A DNA stretch of 64,000 nt from Octopus vulgaris. Lineage: Eukaryota. Under the pieces are notes generated by a model. It searched no databases. It saw only the letters and a program-made list of their open reading frames with translations, and had not been told where the DNA came from. A program made the position numbers and the translations under genes. Where the stretch lies: positions 42,036,001 through 42,100,000 of the forward strand of contig OX597820.1 in the NCBI GenBank assembly GCA_951406725.2. Direction: 5' to 3'. Positions 1-14,200 of this stretch are shown here, piece by piece. Within the stretch, counting starts at the first letter, position 1. Every line of letters starts with the position of its first letter.

Positions 1-1851
1 TCACTACACACAGAAACATGTTTGCAAGCGTACGATTCGCTCATAAAAAAAAAGAAGAAAAAGACACGTTGAATCCGCCGATGGCTTTAACATCCGATTC
101 TTCTTGCACAGGTTCGAAGCACGAGTTCGTGACAACAGCAAGCCGCTCTCCGGTGCTTAACAGCGTGACGACTTCTAATTACTTCCATTATCTCTCCTTT
201 CCACATTCTTTTGACTCCATCGTCGCGAACCTCATAAGTCAGTATCGACACCGACAAATAACCCCGTCGTCGTCGCTAACAACACCGCTATCATTACCGT
301 CGTTGACTCCACCAACATAACCATCATCATTATCATCATCGTAGTAATGATACAGATTTTCGATAAGATCATTTCTCATCTTCTTTCTCATCAAAATAGC
401 ATTCAATTCTTTCTTAGTGTCACCAGTCATACTCAGTGTCGTTCTCCTTTTACTTCTCTTTCTCATTCTCCTCCTCCTTTCATCGAGATCATCATCACAC
501 TATGATTGATTATCATCGGCTTTCTTATCATCATTAACATGAGTATCGTAATTCTCATTTTATCACTTTCGTCGTCGCTGCCATCATCACAGTAGTCATC
601 ATCATTGTCATCGTCGTCATCATTATCACCGTCGCCATCACCGTCATCGTCGTCGTCCTCATCATCGTACCATGGGCAGCAGTAGCAGCAGCAGCTATGA
701 GATTATTATATGCTAATGATTAAAAGCATGATTTCGTGTTATCGTTGTCACCATTAACACCATCACGACTTCACACTCACGATCATACCCCTCATTATCA
801 TTATCACTAACACTGTAAGCAATATAATTGATGTTGTGGTTGTCATCATTTCTAGCAGTGTATCTAAATAAAAGTACATCAATTATAACCATCACCATGG
901 TGTATGTCGTTAATAATAATAAAAAATAACTGCCTTCTATATTTTACATCATTAGTGCTTATAGTGACTTGTTTAGTGTGGTGGTTGCAAGTCTTTATCG
1001 AAGTATATCAGCAAATCTCCCTGTCTTTCTATATTTCTGTTTCTCTTCGCTTCTCCCTTTTTTATCTTAGTTCTTTGGTTAATATAGACATATTAGCATA
1101 AATAATTTAAATCCACATAACTGTACACCGATAACATCAGACTGCGGAAGTCACATACACATAAAGTGAATACACAAAGACATACTCATGTATAAAGACA
1201 TAAGAAATATATGCATTAATGGCTTCTACAGGAAGAAAATACATTTGAGTTCATGTTAACATGCTTAGTGTAGTACATATCCCAATTGATAATCATTTAT
1301 ATCATCTGCTCATCACCCGAAATGCTGTATCTTAAATTGTCAGATAAAAAGAAGCTTTAGCTATTTATTCTTACAAAGATGAAATAATATTTCAAGACTA
1401 ATGCTTTTTTTTTTGCTTTTTTTTTTCAGAAAGAAGTTAAAATGTCATGTAAAACTGTATGCTTATTACTGGTTTGTCAGAATCATAGGTACTCAGGCAA
1501 ATAAGTATAACCCTAGATATATGATATGATAGCAAGAGCGATGGCTACATGGATGCAAATGTATTTATCCATCTCATTTTATATTTACCAGTTTGTCAAT
1601 CTGAATAAAAGAAAATGAGAGAATGTTTAAGAAGGGCAATATAAAATAAATTAAATCAGGACAAACTAGCTGAAGTACAGGACAATATTTAATACTTGAT
1701 AAGTTTATACACAGTGATTAAAGACCCTGATGAAAGGAAATATTACCGGACAGAGGCTGGCTTTCTATCCAATGCAATTTTACATATTCACTCACGCACA
1801 CATACACATGCATGTTTATATATAAACAAGCCTACACAAACATACACAAAT

Positions 1852-1994
1852 ATTGGTTTCAAATTCTGACACAAGACCTGCATTTCCAGGAAAGGGGTAA
1901 TTCGATTATATCGACCCCGGTGCTCACTTGGTTCTTATTTTATCGACCCTGACAGAATGAATTTAAAGATGACCATCACAGAATTTGAAATCAG
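1852..1994 (-). mobile_element. tRNA-derived SINE (family 1), 5'-truncated decayed copy, tail type B
   Basis: Matches the other in-window copies: tcgattatatcgaccccggtgctcacttggttcttattttatcgaccctgacagaatga, ending at a B-box remnant (gaatttgaaatcag); tail reads gtcagaatttgaaaccaat on the minus strand. Confidence 0.8.
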
Positions 1995-2284
1995 CTATAA
2001 TTATAGCTCGTTTTAGATTTCGTATGTTTTATTGCACTTAGTGCAACTATGTGTGTTTATGAATATATTTTATGTATATGTACGCATATAGATTTATGTG
2101 TATTTTTAAAGCCCTAATAATCCTTGAATATTATATAACTTCTTTCAAGTCTCTTTCCTGATTCGATACGTGCATTTCACACTCCACGACTTTTCTTCTT
2201 TACGGCTAGCGAAGTTGTTGTTATTTCGTTTCTCGCCTCGTAGTTCTGGCCAAGAATTGTTTCTGTTGTTGTTGTTGTTGTTGC

Positions 2285-3010
<726 letters not shown>

Positions 3011-3029
3011 CCCGAACTTCTTAACTAAT

Positions 3030-3514
3030 GTTGAGATTTTATTATGTCAGATTTTAGTTGCTTTACAGCTTTTGATGCTGCTTTACAACTTTTCATGTTC
3101 CTTTTTTTCTTCACAGTTTTTAGGTATTATGACCACTTCCTTGTATTTTTCGGTATCTTTAACGATGCAAAATAGTTTCTTCGGTTTGTTTATACTTCGT
3201 TGCTCTCAATTTTCCTTCGTTCTGACTTAAATATTTCTGCAGTCCAATGGTGAATATTTTGTACTTTTAGTCAGTAGTATAAGTCCTCTACCACTTTGTT
3301 AGCGGATGATGTGTTTTATTATCCGTCATAATTTTTCCTATTCTCCAGTCTATTTTTTGGCCAGTTCATTTAATGTCGAGTTAAGAATATTGTCACTGTA
3401 AGTTATAACTAGGATAGCTCGAGTATTTTACCTATTATATTATTTTTCGCATCGAACTCTCATTGAAGTATTAATTTAATTTGTCTATAATATTCCATCC
3501 TTATCGTATATTTC

Positions 3515-3587
<73 letters not shown>

Positions 3588-4048
3588 GTGTTTGTTTTAA
3601 GTTGTGATGTGTCGTATCTTGTTCATTGATTCCTAAACATGTGTATGTGCGAGTTAGGTATGGTCCTCTTATTCCATATTCTTTATCTAGTTTGATATTG
3701 TTATTCTTAATTAGTTTTCTTCTTTTCAAGGTCCCTTTAGCACATTTCATATTTATTTCTTTGGTAAATCCATGCACTTTCTGTAGTAATGTTTCTAGTT
3801 GTTTATCATTTGCAGCGTACACTTTGAGTTCATCTATATGAAAGCAATGGTTGATGGTTTTACCATAGCTATTGTATCCACAGTTCTGTTTATCATGTTT
3901 ATCACAGTTTGTATCTGTTTATCATGTTAATCACAGTCTGTATCCACAGTTCTCCTTATCATGTCGGTTAAAGGCGTTAGTGTCAGACAGAAAAGGAGTG
4001 AAGAAAGCAAGTATTCTTGGAATATCGTTCTTCTAATGGTATGGCTTT
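3030..4048 (-). mobile_element. R4/Dong-clade (RLE-type) non-LTR retrotransposon, reverse transcriptase pseudogene fragment
   Basis: Minus strand gives, in order: IRRTIFQEYLLSSLLFCLTLTPL (=IRRGIFQGDSLSPLLF), KTINHCFHIDELKVYAANDKQLETLL (=HLFYMDDLKLY), KCAK...TYTCLGINE (=YKYLG), MKYTIRMEYYRQIKLIL, KIMTDNKTHHP, GRGLILL, YKIFTIGLQKYL. Stops, frameshifts, a (CA)n insertion at 3518-3586 and altered catalytic motifs show it is dead. Confidence 0.9.
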
Positions 4049-5497
4049 ATTATCATCATCGTCGTCGTAGTCATCTTCATTGTATATTGTGTGTGCACAT
4101 GTGTGAGCTTTGGTGTATATGGCATGTGGGGCGATGCATGAATTTTTATACTGATGTCCAAGCTGATGTGGATTTATATTTATGCGCATTTCTGATATAT
4201 GTGTGTATATGCCTGTTGTGTATATGTGTATGTGTGTGCGTTGTGAATGCATATATATTCATCCATGTTAGTAACAATTTTCAGGAATTAATACTCTTTC
4301 TTGCACGTAAACTTAAAATTTATCCGCTTACATAACAAATTTTTGTACTTATAACTATGTATAACTACATATATGCATATAAGTATAATGCTCTTTACAC
4401 CCACACATATATTCATATACACATTCTCGTGAACATTCATACAGAGATACATAAACAAACGCATAGACACAAATCGAAATTATTACTGAGCATATTTTAA
4501 ACATCTACTTAAACACCAGTATGTTTGCTCACTGACTTAATACATATATACTAACCAGCCATGATATAACAAAACACATTATACGTTTAGTCCAACTCAT
4601 ACTATCTCCACATATTTTTTGTGTGTATTTATTTACATACTTATTTATCTACTTCGCTTGCATTGAGTTTCGCTTCTTGCATTTTACAAATTCACACGTC
4701 ATGTTTGTTACCTGCAACAGACTTTATTAATCCGCCTGCTTCAAACGAAAGAGAAAAAGATTTGAAATGATATATGTATATAGAAGTACACATTCACATG
4801 CATACATGTGAGTGCATTAGTGTGTTTATCATCTTATTAACATACACGAATTTGTATATTCCTACGTCAGCGCGTTAGAATTGATATATGGGAGTCAGGG
4901 CCAGGGGAGGTAGTGAAAAATATGACCCTGAATATACCTGTACGTGTAAGTATATATATATATATATATATGCATATATGCTTGCACATGCACACACACA
5001 CACATTGTATATATAGGAAGATATGAACATAAAACTTTTGCTACAGAAGAAAGACGCTTGCAGTGTTTTGTAGCTGACGACGCAGAGCAATGTCGAAACA
5101 TTCTAAGATCAAATGACGTCACTCACAGACTTATATGTCGCCTTAGAGGATATTTTTGCACCCGACACAATTTAATCAGTCCGCGAAGGATTACCACATC
5201 CGAGAACACACAAACTTGCTAGATATGAGTGTACACAAATACACACACACACACACACACACGCATACACACACGTGTGTATATATACACTCTGCTTGTA
5301 ATTAGAGGCATATGTTTGAAATGTACATCGTTGCATTCAGTGACCAACCTGGGAGTATTTAAAAAGAATTTCGACCTGGCAGCGAGAGATCCTTAATGTC
5401 TCTCGTATCACAACGCGTTTCCCTCGAAATAGGTCACACTGAATTATGTAGTTATTGATATATTATGTGTCTCTATCTCCTTGCCTTCCTCCTGCCT

Positions 5498-5529
5498 TCT
5501 CTCTCCCTCTCTCTCTATCTATCTAGCTC

Positions 5530-5608
<79 letters not shown>

Positions 5609-5610
5609 AC

Positions 5611-5670
<60 letters not shown>

Positions 5671-5758
5671 GTCTGTCTGTCTGTCTGTTTGTGTGTCTAT
5701 CTATCTATCTATATGTCTATCTATCAATCTATCAATCAATCTATCTATCTATCTTATT

Positions 5759-5828
<70 letters not shown>

Positions 5829-6014
5829 TGTCTGTCTGTTTGTGTGTCTATCTATCTATCTATCTATCTATCAATATATCTATCTATCAATCTATCTATC
5901 TACCTTATTTCTATCTCTCTCTCTCTATCTATCTATCTATCTCTATCTATCTCTCTATCTCTCTATCTCTCTATCTATCCATATATCTAGATATATCTAT
6001 CTATGTGTGTGTGT
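5498..6014. repeat. Compound microsatellite (TATC)n/(TGTC)n/(CT)n/(TA)n
   Basis: Directly visible; explains the LSIY-repeat ORFs at 5465-6175. Confidence 0.97.
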
Positions 6015-6917
6015 TTATATGCCTCTGTGTATTTGGGAACATTCTAATTTATGTAGCTAATCATACTTTTTTCCATATATTTCTAGGTCCAGTTACCTTT
6101 TTATTCATATATGCATCTTTCTTCCTAACTATGCAGTCATTAACTCTCCTTTTATCCCTCTCTCTACCAATCTGACATTCTATTTAAAAAAAAAAATATT
6201 ATGCATGAGAGTATATGCACGCATTTACCAAAATTGGTAGAGATATTGGCAGGCATCAAATAAAAAAAATCATGTTAACATTTCTTTTCCCTGACATCTT
6301 CATGAAGTTGTGCTAATCGCGGCACTTTTGATTTAGCAGAGGTCACGCATCATCCTGCGAACAGACGATGCAGGAAATGGTGGTGGGGTATTTCAGAAAC
6401 AGCGGTGGGAATACATCGCGTCGTGATTTTTGTAGATTAGTGTTCACTGTTGGAGTTCATGAAGCAGGAAAGCAATGGCTGAATGAACAGGATAGGAGAG
6501 AGTGAAAAAGAGAGCGTATATGCGAATATGTACACGTGTGTGTGTGTGTGCGTGAGAAAGAAAGAAAGAGAGAGAGAGAGAGCGTGGCGGGATTAGGTAA
6601 GAAAATTAGTGAAATACATGTGAGACAAAGAAAGAAAGAGTATTGAATGAGAGAAACAGTGAACAGTGAAAAAGTCAAATAGTAATATTCTGAAGAATTG
6701 TATACAATAATAATTTTGAATGTACAAATGAGCATATATACCTCGATCAATCTGGCCAGTATAAGCAAATTATCTAGAATTATTGAATTAACGAGATGGG
6801 AAAATGTTCAGGTAGATGATGTGAATATATAGCTATGGATTGAAGTCTATCCAGAAAAAACTCTTGGTAAAACTAAATCATTTTTTTTAAGATGAAGAAA
6901 AATGTGATATATACATT

Positions 6918-6953
<36 letters not shown>

Positions 6954-7158
6954 TGTATATATAAAAACGCGTGTGTTTACTACGATTAAGATAGAGAAGC
7001 ATTTTTTATTTTTTAAAAATCCTACAGAAATGGAGATTGTAGAAATGTGGGTATAAAATATAGATAAGACATAATGATTCAGTTAGAATTTTGAAGAAGC
7101 GACTATATAGGAGTCGAATTTCATCGACCCGTGGAAGAGTGATGGATTCAAATATATT

Positions 7159-7376
7159 CCTTTTTAATCTAGGCACAATGCCCGAAATTTCGAGGGGTGG
7201 GTCAGTCGATTAGATCAACCCCAGCAATTGGTACTTAATTTATTGACCCCGAAAGAATTAAAGGAAAAGTCGATTCCGGCGGAATTTGAACTCGGAACAT
7301 AAAGACAGACGAATTACCGCTTAGCATTTCGATCGACGTGCTAACGTTTCTGCCAGCTTATGGATTCTGCCACCTT
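7159..7376 (-). mobile_element. tRNA-derived SINE (family 1), near full length, tail type C, 17-bp target-site duplication
   Basis: A-box-like ctggcagaaacgttag and B-box gagttcaaattcc on the minus strand; core tttcggggtcaataaattaagtacc; exact flanking direct repeat atggattcaaatatatt at 7142-7158 and 7377-7393. Confidence 0.92.
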
Positions 7377-7435
7377 ATGGATTCAAATATATTAATATAT
7401 TAAGGGTATATGAATTAAGTTAGGTCCCTTTAATA

Positions 7436-7605
7436 ATCTTTTCTGCTATAGGCACAGGACCCGAAAGTTCTGGGGAGTTAGTATGTCGATTTCATCGGCC
7501 CCAGTGCTCAACCCGTACTTATTTTATCGACACCGAAAGGATGAAAAGCAAAGTCGACTCAAAAGGTAATTACGGCTGAAATGCCACTAAACATTCTGCT
7601 GCCTT
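7436..7605 (-). mobile_element. tRNA-derived SINE (family 1), internally deleted, tail type C
   Basis: tacttattttatcgacaccgaaaggatgaaaagcaaagtcgac core; gcctt 5' terminus at 7601-7605; B-box region missing; degenerate flanking repeat ccct(t)taataat. Confidence 0.85.
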
Positions 7606-9757
7606 ATGATACCCTTAATAATAAAAGACATTTAGATGTGAATCTAAAATAATGCAATAATCTGGAATAAAAGAAATGAATCTCTTTATTTGTTTACAGT
7701 AAATATATATACTTTTGATGTATAAATGTTTTCCTCCCATGTTGAATAATATCAATAATCTTGATGTATTTATTAGTCTTTATTAAACTGACCTGTGATC
7801 AACCGCGTTTCAGTCATAAAGATCCTGTCTTTTTAGATGTACCTATTACTACTCCATTGAATGAGTCTCACCGCATTAAGACGATAGGGTAATTGATATG
7901 GGGGTTATTTATCCTTTGTTTCGAGAAGGTCGATCCAATAAAGTATTAGTTTTTATTCAATCAGTTATCCTGCTAAGAGTGACTTTATCTTTCACTCATC
8001 ATCACTCAATAGATAAATATCAATAATATATCGTTTTGATTCAACGAAATATATTTCTTTCATATGCAGCTGTTTTGGTTTCCAATAATGCACCCAAGAT
8101 GAGATAACAATGAGTATCTCTTTCCATTTCATTTCTGCGCAACTGATAAATTACATTCTGGTATCCGATATATCTTGTAACTAGGTATTTTGTCTCATAC
8201 ATATAATTATCCTTCGATATATACTTATGTTTAATAATGCTTATATTATAGCGAAAAAAAGACAACATGAGTGTGAGATAGAAAAAATATTTCGTGATAT
8301 GTGTTATTTTGTTCCGATATTCAACTTCCATACCTATCTGTCTTAGTCTGAGAACCATTCTAGTTTGAAACCGTCTGCTTGTCAGCCATTTTGTTAGCCT
8401 TTCTGAAAATATGTCTGTGCAAGCTGAAAAACAAACTAAACTATTTACAAACACTTTTATTGATCTTTTCACTAATATGTAGAAGATTAAAAAAAAGGTT
8501 ATATTGGCATAGCTTTCCTATTCCTTTTTTTCTTTGTTATCAATTATTTATACACATTCATCACCGTTATATACACAGGATCCACTAATCATTTTTTAAT
8601 CAATTTCCAAGCTTTCATACAGAGACCCCTTTCACAGAAATAAAGAAGTGTTCAAAAACGCATGCATACACATGCATACGTAAAAATACAGTATATCTGC
8701 CGAGGGAGAACACGTGTGCGTTTATTAGCATTCTTTTATACTCTCATTCATTCAAAATTCTCTCAAGCCAAAGTTTGCTTGCATGTGTTTGTGTAATTCA
8801 TTCTTACGCTCAGAGCCTATGACTTAGTTATACTTTTAACCTGCTATCTCAGACCGGAAGCCTGAAAGATAATAGCACTTCTGCGGAAACGGAAATGGTA
8901 CCGAACTCAGAGCCAAATCAGAGCCGAGCGTCTCTTTTGACCCACACGAAAGTAAATTAGCCGTTGTGTAAAAACAGGCAAATAGAGAGTGGACAGTGAA
9001 CCGAAGACGAGTATAGGAACAAAGGAGAGCTTACTTAAATGTAATGATGAGGGTTCGGTTTGATGGGTGTGAGGGGATTATCAATACCAAGAATGCACAA
9101 GGAAAAATAAAATAAAAAAATATATAAAAGTGCATGATAGAGCAAGACTCGCATATATGACCCATGCATCTATGCACGCGTACACATACAATTACACCTA
9201 CGCAGACAGAAACGTACTCAAGAACATGCAAGTGACTATATATATTATGCATGCGTCTGTGCGTATATATACATAACTACACGTATAACTGATGCGTACA
9301 CAATATTTGCTCAGCATATACAATTTATCCACAAGCGCATCTACACAACAATACATAAGCATATACATCACTAACTCATAATCATATTGTCTTCATACAC
9401 ATACATGCACAACAATCTCTTGTAACAAAATATATGCCTGTGTAAATCACTAAGAATATGACCAGAATTTCATTTGCTGTATTTTTACACTTAATATTTA
9501 GTGGTTGTGTATAATCTGCTGTATCCCCCGAGGATCGGGAGAATTTTAAATCTAGAAATTTCATTTTCCCTTATTTCATATTCATTTTGAAATTCATAAT
9601 CATGTACCTTTCGATACATAGTAAAACTAGTAATATTTATTGCTTATCTTATTTTTACCTGCATTGTTGGAAGCCACATTGTATGCCATTGTTCAATTTT
9701 CATTGACGCGAATTAATTTTTTTATATTTCAAAGTAATTCCTGTTTTGGTGGTAAAT

Positions 9758-9895
9758 TCTTTTCAGAATTCAGTAAAACTTACGAGCTAAATGTGCAATC
9801 CATTTTCAATTTGAATTTGAAGTAACATCCTTTTACTTATTCCACAAATGCAGGCAGGGAATTGGCTGAGTAAGTTTTACTGAATTCTGAAAAGA
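9758..9895. repeat. Perfect 26-bp inverted repeat with 86-nt spacer
   Basis: tcttttcagaattcagtaaaacttac (9758-9783) is the exact reverse complement of gtaagttttactgaattctgaaaaga (9870-9895). Confidence 0.95.
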
Positions 9896-9965
9896 GTTGT
9901 AAGAATGTTCTTGTGCTTGTTTCGATTCTCGGTGATCTGAGTTCAATTCTCACCCGAGATCAACT
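9851..9965 (+). mobile_element. Heavily decayed SINE head (family 1-like)
   Basis: caggcagggaattggctga resembles aaggcggcgagctggcaga; ctgagttcaattctcacccgagatcaact resembles ctgagttcaaattccgccgaggtcgact. Confidence 0.5.
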
Positions 9966-10870
9966 AAAGTATCTGTCACGTATAAAGAAAGCTACAGTCT
10001 CACTCGTAAATGATATATAAGCATTTTTTTTTTTTACTATTCGTGAGGAGAACATTTTATGACTTGAAATGAACGCACTTAAATTATGAACTACGATGAT
10101 GACCATCGGCTTCATATCCCAAGCACTGGTTCACCTGCCTTCACTTATTCTTACAAAACTGATGCTAAATAACAGAAAATCTGAGGCATAATCTGGCTGT
10201 GACAAAGAAGGTCGTTAAATAAATATAAGCAAAGAAATAATGATTAAGTCGGCGTGTGCATTTGTGATCGTGTTTAGATCGTATTGGTAGTGACAATAGA
10301 CGTGTCTCTGTGCTGGTGGTTAGATCGATAGTAACGGTGATGGTGAATATATATGTCGTTCTACGTCATTACTGTAGCCAACATCGCAATCAGAGACGAC
10401 AATAATCACAATAAAGTCAGTATTTGTGCGTCTGCAAAACTTGTAGTGGAAATAGGAGGATAAGATAGTAGTGGTTGATTTGGTGATGTCTGTTATAAAG
10501 ATGACTAATAAAGATTACTAATGATGATGATGATCATGATGATGATGTTGGTGGTGATGATGATGAGTACGATTGCTATCATCATAGCTCACGATAGGGA
10601 AAATGCTGATTATGTTCATGATTTTGATGATTTTGAACAAAGAAGAGTATTATTTGTGGTGTTAAAAATGTTAACGATGACAAAGTTGATTAAAATGAGA
10701 AAAAAATTGGCGTATAGTTAATTCTTTTTTTTAATAAATAAGGCGATGATAATAACAATGACAATGGTGTTGATGGTGGGGTGGGGAGCTGCTAATGACG
10801 ATGATAACGGTAACATATTAGAACGAGAAGTGTAGTAGCTAACGTCTTAAATAAGGAATAAAAGAAGCTG

Positions 10871-11020
10871 ATGATGATGATGAGGAGGAGGAGGAAGTGG
10901 AGGAGGAAGTGGAGGAGGAAGTGGAGGAGGAGGGGAGGGGACGAGGGGATGATGATGATGATGATTATGATGATGATGAGGAGGAGGAGAAGGAGGAAAA
11001 GGAGGAGGAAAAGGAGGAGG
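10871..11020. repeat. Compound (GAT)n/(GAG)n repeat including a 12-bp unit gaggaagtggag x3
   Basis: Directly visible; explains the poly-M/poly-R ORF. Confidence 0.95.
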
Positions 11021-14000
11021 CTAAACTGTCCTGATTCTGGCTCAAAAGAGCCTGATAATAATCATGATAGTAATGAAGCTTTTATTGGGGTTTAAATATT
11101 GATGACCTGAGCAATAACTGTAGTATTCATAGTAAGTTTGTGGGAGGTAAGATTGTAGCAAGTGTGATGGTTCTGATTGTTAGTAATTGTGGTAGTGTGA
11201 TGAGAGTGAGAAAGCAAATGAGAGGAAGACATTAATAGGTAGTGAAAAGGACTCAAGTTAAACATTATTACTGCAAAACCTGTCACCGGCGGCAAATATA
11301 ACAATATGATAATTGTAAGGATGTCATCGTATACTCCTATCCCAACAACACGCTTTGAAATCAACAACTACGTCAACAACAGCGAAAAGAGCATACACTC
11401 GAAGGGCCATAAAGTATGCTACTACGAAAAGAGCATCAACAAGCATAAAACTGCGATATCTGTACTGTAATCCGACTTCTCATCAAGCATTTTGATAACA
11501 ATCATCTTCATAACTGACAATCTTGACAGCAACTCTGTGACAAGAGAGAAGGGTAAAACAATGGGCTAGAGGATGAGGAGGAGAAGTGAAAGAAGATATG
11601 AGGAGAGGAAAAGAGAGTAGGTAAATGAAGGAGAAAGGAAGAAAATTATAGGGAAAGAGAAATATATGAAGAGAACTGAAGAAACTGGATGGAGGAGAGA
11701 TAGTACGGAGAAATTAACATGAATATATCTATTTAAATGAAAACAGAGATATAATTGGAAATTAAGAAAACATGCAAATATACAGAAAGCAAATTTTGAT
11801 ATTAAATCGCAGCACATTTCCAGGAGGATACACTTTTGTTTGTTTTATGTCCTAAAATCCTAATAGATTAAATGGGGGCATTGAGTAGTGGCACATCTTA
11901 AGCTTTATAAGGCGGGCGGTCAACATCCCGGGAGGGAAAGAGATACAAAAGATTCGAATCCAGTAATAAACTGGTTCGTTATTTATCGAACTCATAGCAC
12001 AGAGAACCGAAATCTATAAGAAAGCAGTCAGACACACTAATGACCAGGAAAATTATCCAACTTTATATTCTTACTAAGAGAAAAAATACATTATAATAAT
12101 AACAAATAAGAGTAATTACATAGAGACGACATCAGAATACAGAACAATACTTTACTTAGTATATATATCTTTAATGCAATGACCAAAGGACGATAACTTA
12201 AAACAATTTGGGCGGGAAAAGAGAAGTTATAGGAATTACAAAGCTTTTAGTAACGTCAGCATCCACACGAGACAACTCCAGATATGTTGCAATATTATTA
12301 AACATCTCTATATAAGACAGCATGTGCTCAATAATCTAATGCTATGTTAACAATTCTTGTATGGGGGACAATAAATGACATGTTTTCTTTTTCATCTTTA
12401 TTCTCCTGGAAATTATGGACTTAATGGCACCAAATAGCAGGTTTGTTTATTGTTTCTCTCGTATTTTTTCGACATATTTTTTTATATGCATTGTTGAAGA
12501 GGTCTAATAATACGGAAACCTCTCCTGTTTTGTCTCCCGTACTTTAAAAATTACTTAATACAATCCATATCCACCTTTTCTCAAATACAGTAAGTTTTAA
12601 AGAGCATTATGGTGCTCGCAGTTTTAAATATTTTAATACCATAGATTATATTATATAATGCCCCTCTTCTCAAACAAATGTACATGTATATACACATCAT
12701 GCATTCACACATACATAAATATGTGTATACTTTCCTTATCTTTTAGCATGCATGTTTACGCACACATACGCAGATGCACTTATGTACGTACACATACAAA
12801 CGTACACATACAAACGTGCACACATACACGCACCCTAACACATGCACTTAAACACACACACTCACATTATCTTGACATATATTCCATATGCCTCCCTCTG
12901 GAGCTTTACATTTTAAATACAATACTATGAAATATGACTTTATTGCATCGTATCGAGTTGATCGCTAAATTAAGTACAGTGCAGAAAATAACATTCTGCT
13001 TACGTCTATGAAATATTGATGCATATTTTTGAAATTTAATGAATCATACAGAAATTTACTATAAATTTTTTAAAACTTTTCGATCATTAAATATATTATT
13101 TTAGACAATGTGTTAGTATTTGAGTTTCATCGAAGTTTTACTTTCTTACCAAATATTCTGTATTGCCGTTCCTGGAACGTTTCTAAAATTATCCACTCAA
13201 CACACGAATTGCTCCAACTATGGAAGTTTGAATATACGTGAATACGTACACACATTTTTGCAAGCATATGTGTATGCATGTTTTTCTACTTGTTATTCCC
13301 TTAATGGAACTCTTTTTCCATCCTGCAAATGATACTATTCGGTGCTACGAAAAATAAATATATCCTGTCGTTTGGAGTTTATAACTAAATTTATTACACT
13401 AGAAATCAAAAAGGAAAATTAAAACAAAGATATCCTCGTTGTGTCTACAAAATATTGCATTCATTACTCTCTCTCTCACTCACACACACACACATACAGA
13501 TACACACCCGTATTTATGTGTATGTATATACATATGTATTTATGGATGTATATATTTGTATCTATTACCATATCTACAAAACAATCTATAATATACACAT
13601 ATACATACATGCATATATACGGATATAGATATATCTTTATACATACATGCATATACGTATATAAAGATGCATATAAGCATGGATATTAATGAGAACGCAT
13701 ATGATTGTTCATAAATTTCCTTAATCAAGTCCCACCTGACTGTCAGTTACATATTTATAGATACTTACACCCTTCCAGACACACATGTACACATACACAC
13801 CCGCAGATATCCATAGACCAACATGTCAAGAACATAGGTTGATTTAATACGACTATAAAGCATCCTAACTTAAATGTTATAATAGAAAAGTAAGACTAAA
13901 ACATTTTCGTGAGATAATTAATAAATCATACTAAGGAAAAGTTTGTCTATGAAATAGACAATATCTCAATTAGTGATGACCATGATACACTGTTGATGTT

Positions 14001-14120
14001 GATTATGTTGGTAATGAAATTTGATTGAGGATTTCTCATTCATTATGCAAAACACATTTTTTAAAGCAACTACATATAACTATTATATATCGCATACTTA
14101 GAAATAACCACACATTATTT

Positions 14121-14200
14121 AATATATAGTAGATGTAATCACTTGATTACCTATACTAATAATATATAGTATATGTAAACGCGTGATTACATATTCTAAA
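14121..14200. repeat. 40-bp tandem duplication (2 copies, 7 mismatches)
   Basis: aatatatagtagatgtaatcacttgattacctatactaat followed by aatatatagtatatgtaaacgcgtgattacatattctaaa. Confidence 0.85.

Noticed and set aside
5074-5110. CTGACGA...GAAAC hammerhead-like string
   Set aside because: Stems I and II cannot be formed convincingly.
5114-5121. CRE palindrome TGACGTCA
   Set aside because: A single 8-mer is expected by chance at this window size; no promoter context.
8041-8472. Longest non-repetitive ORF (143 aa, minus strand)
   Set aside because: Non-ATG start, AT-biased composition, no recognisable motif; a length this size is plausible by chance in six frames of 64 kb.
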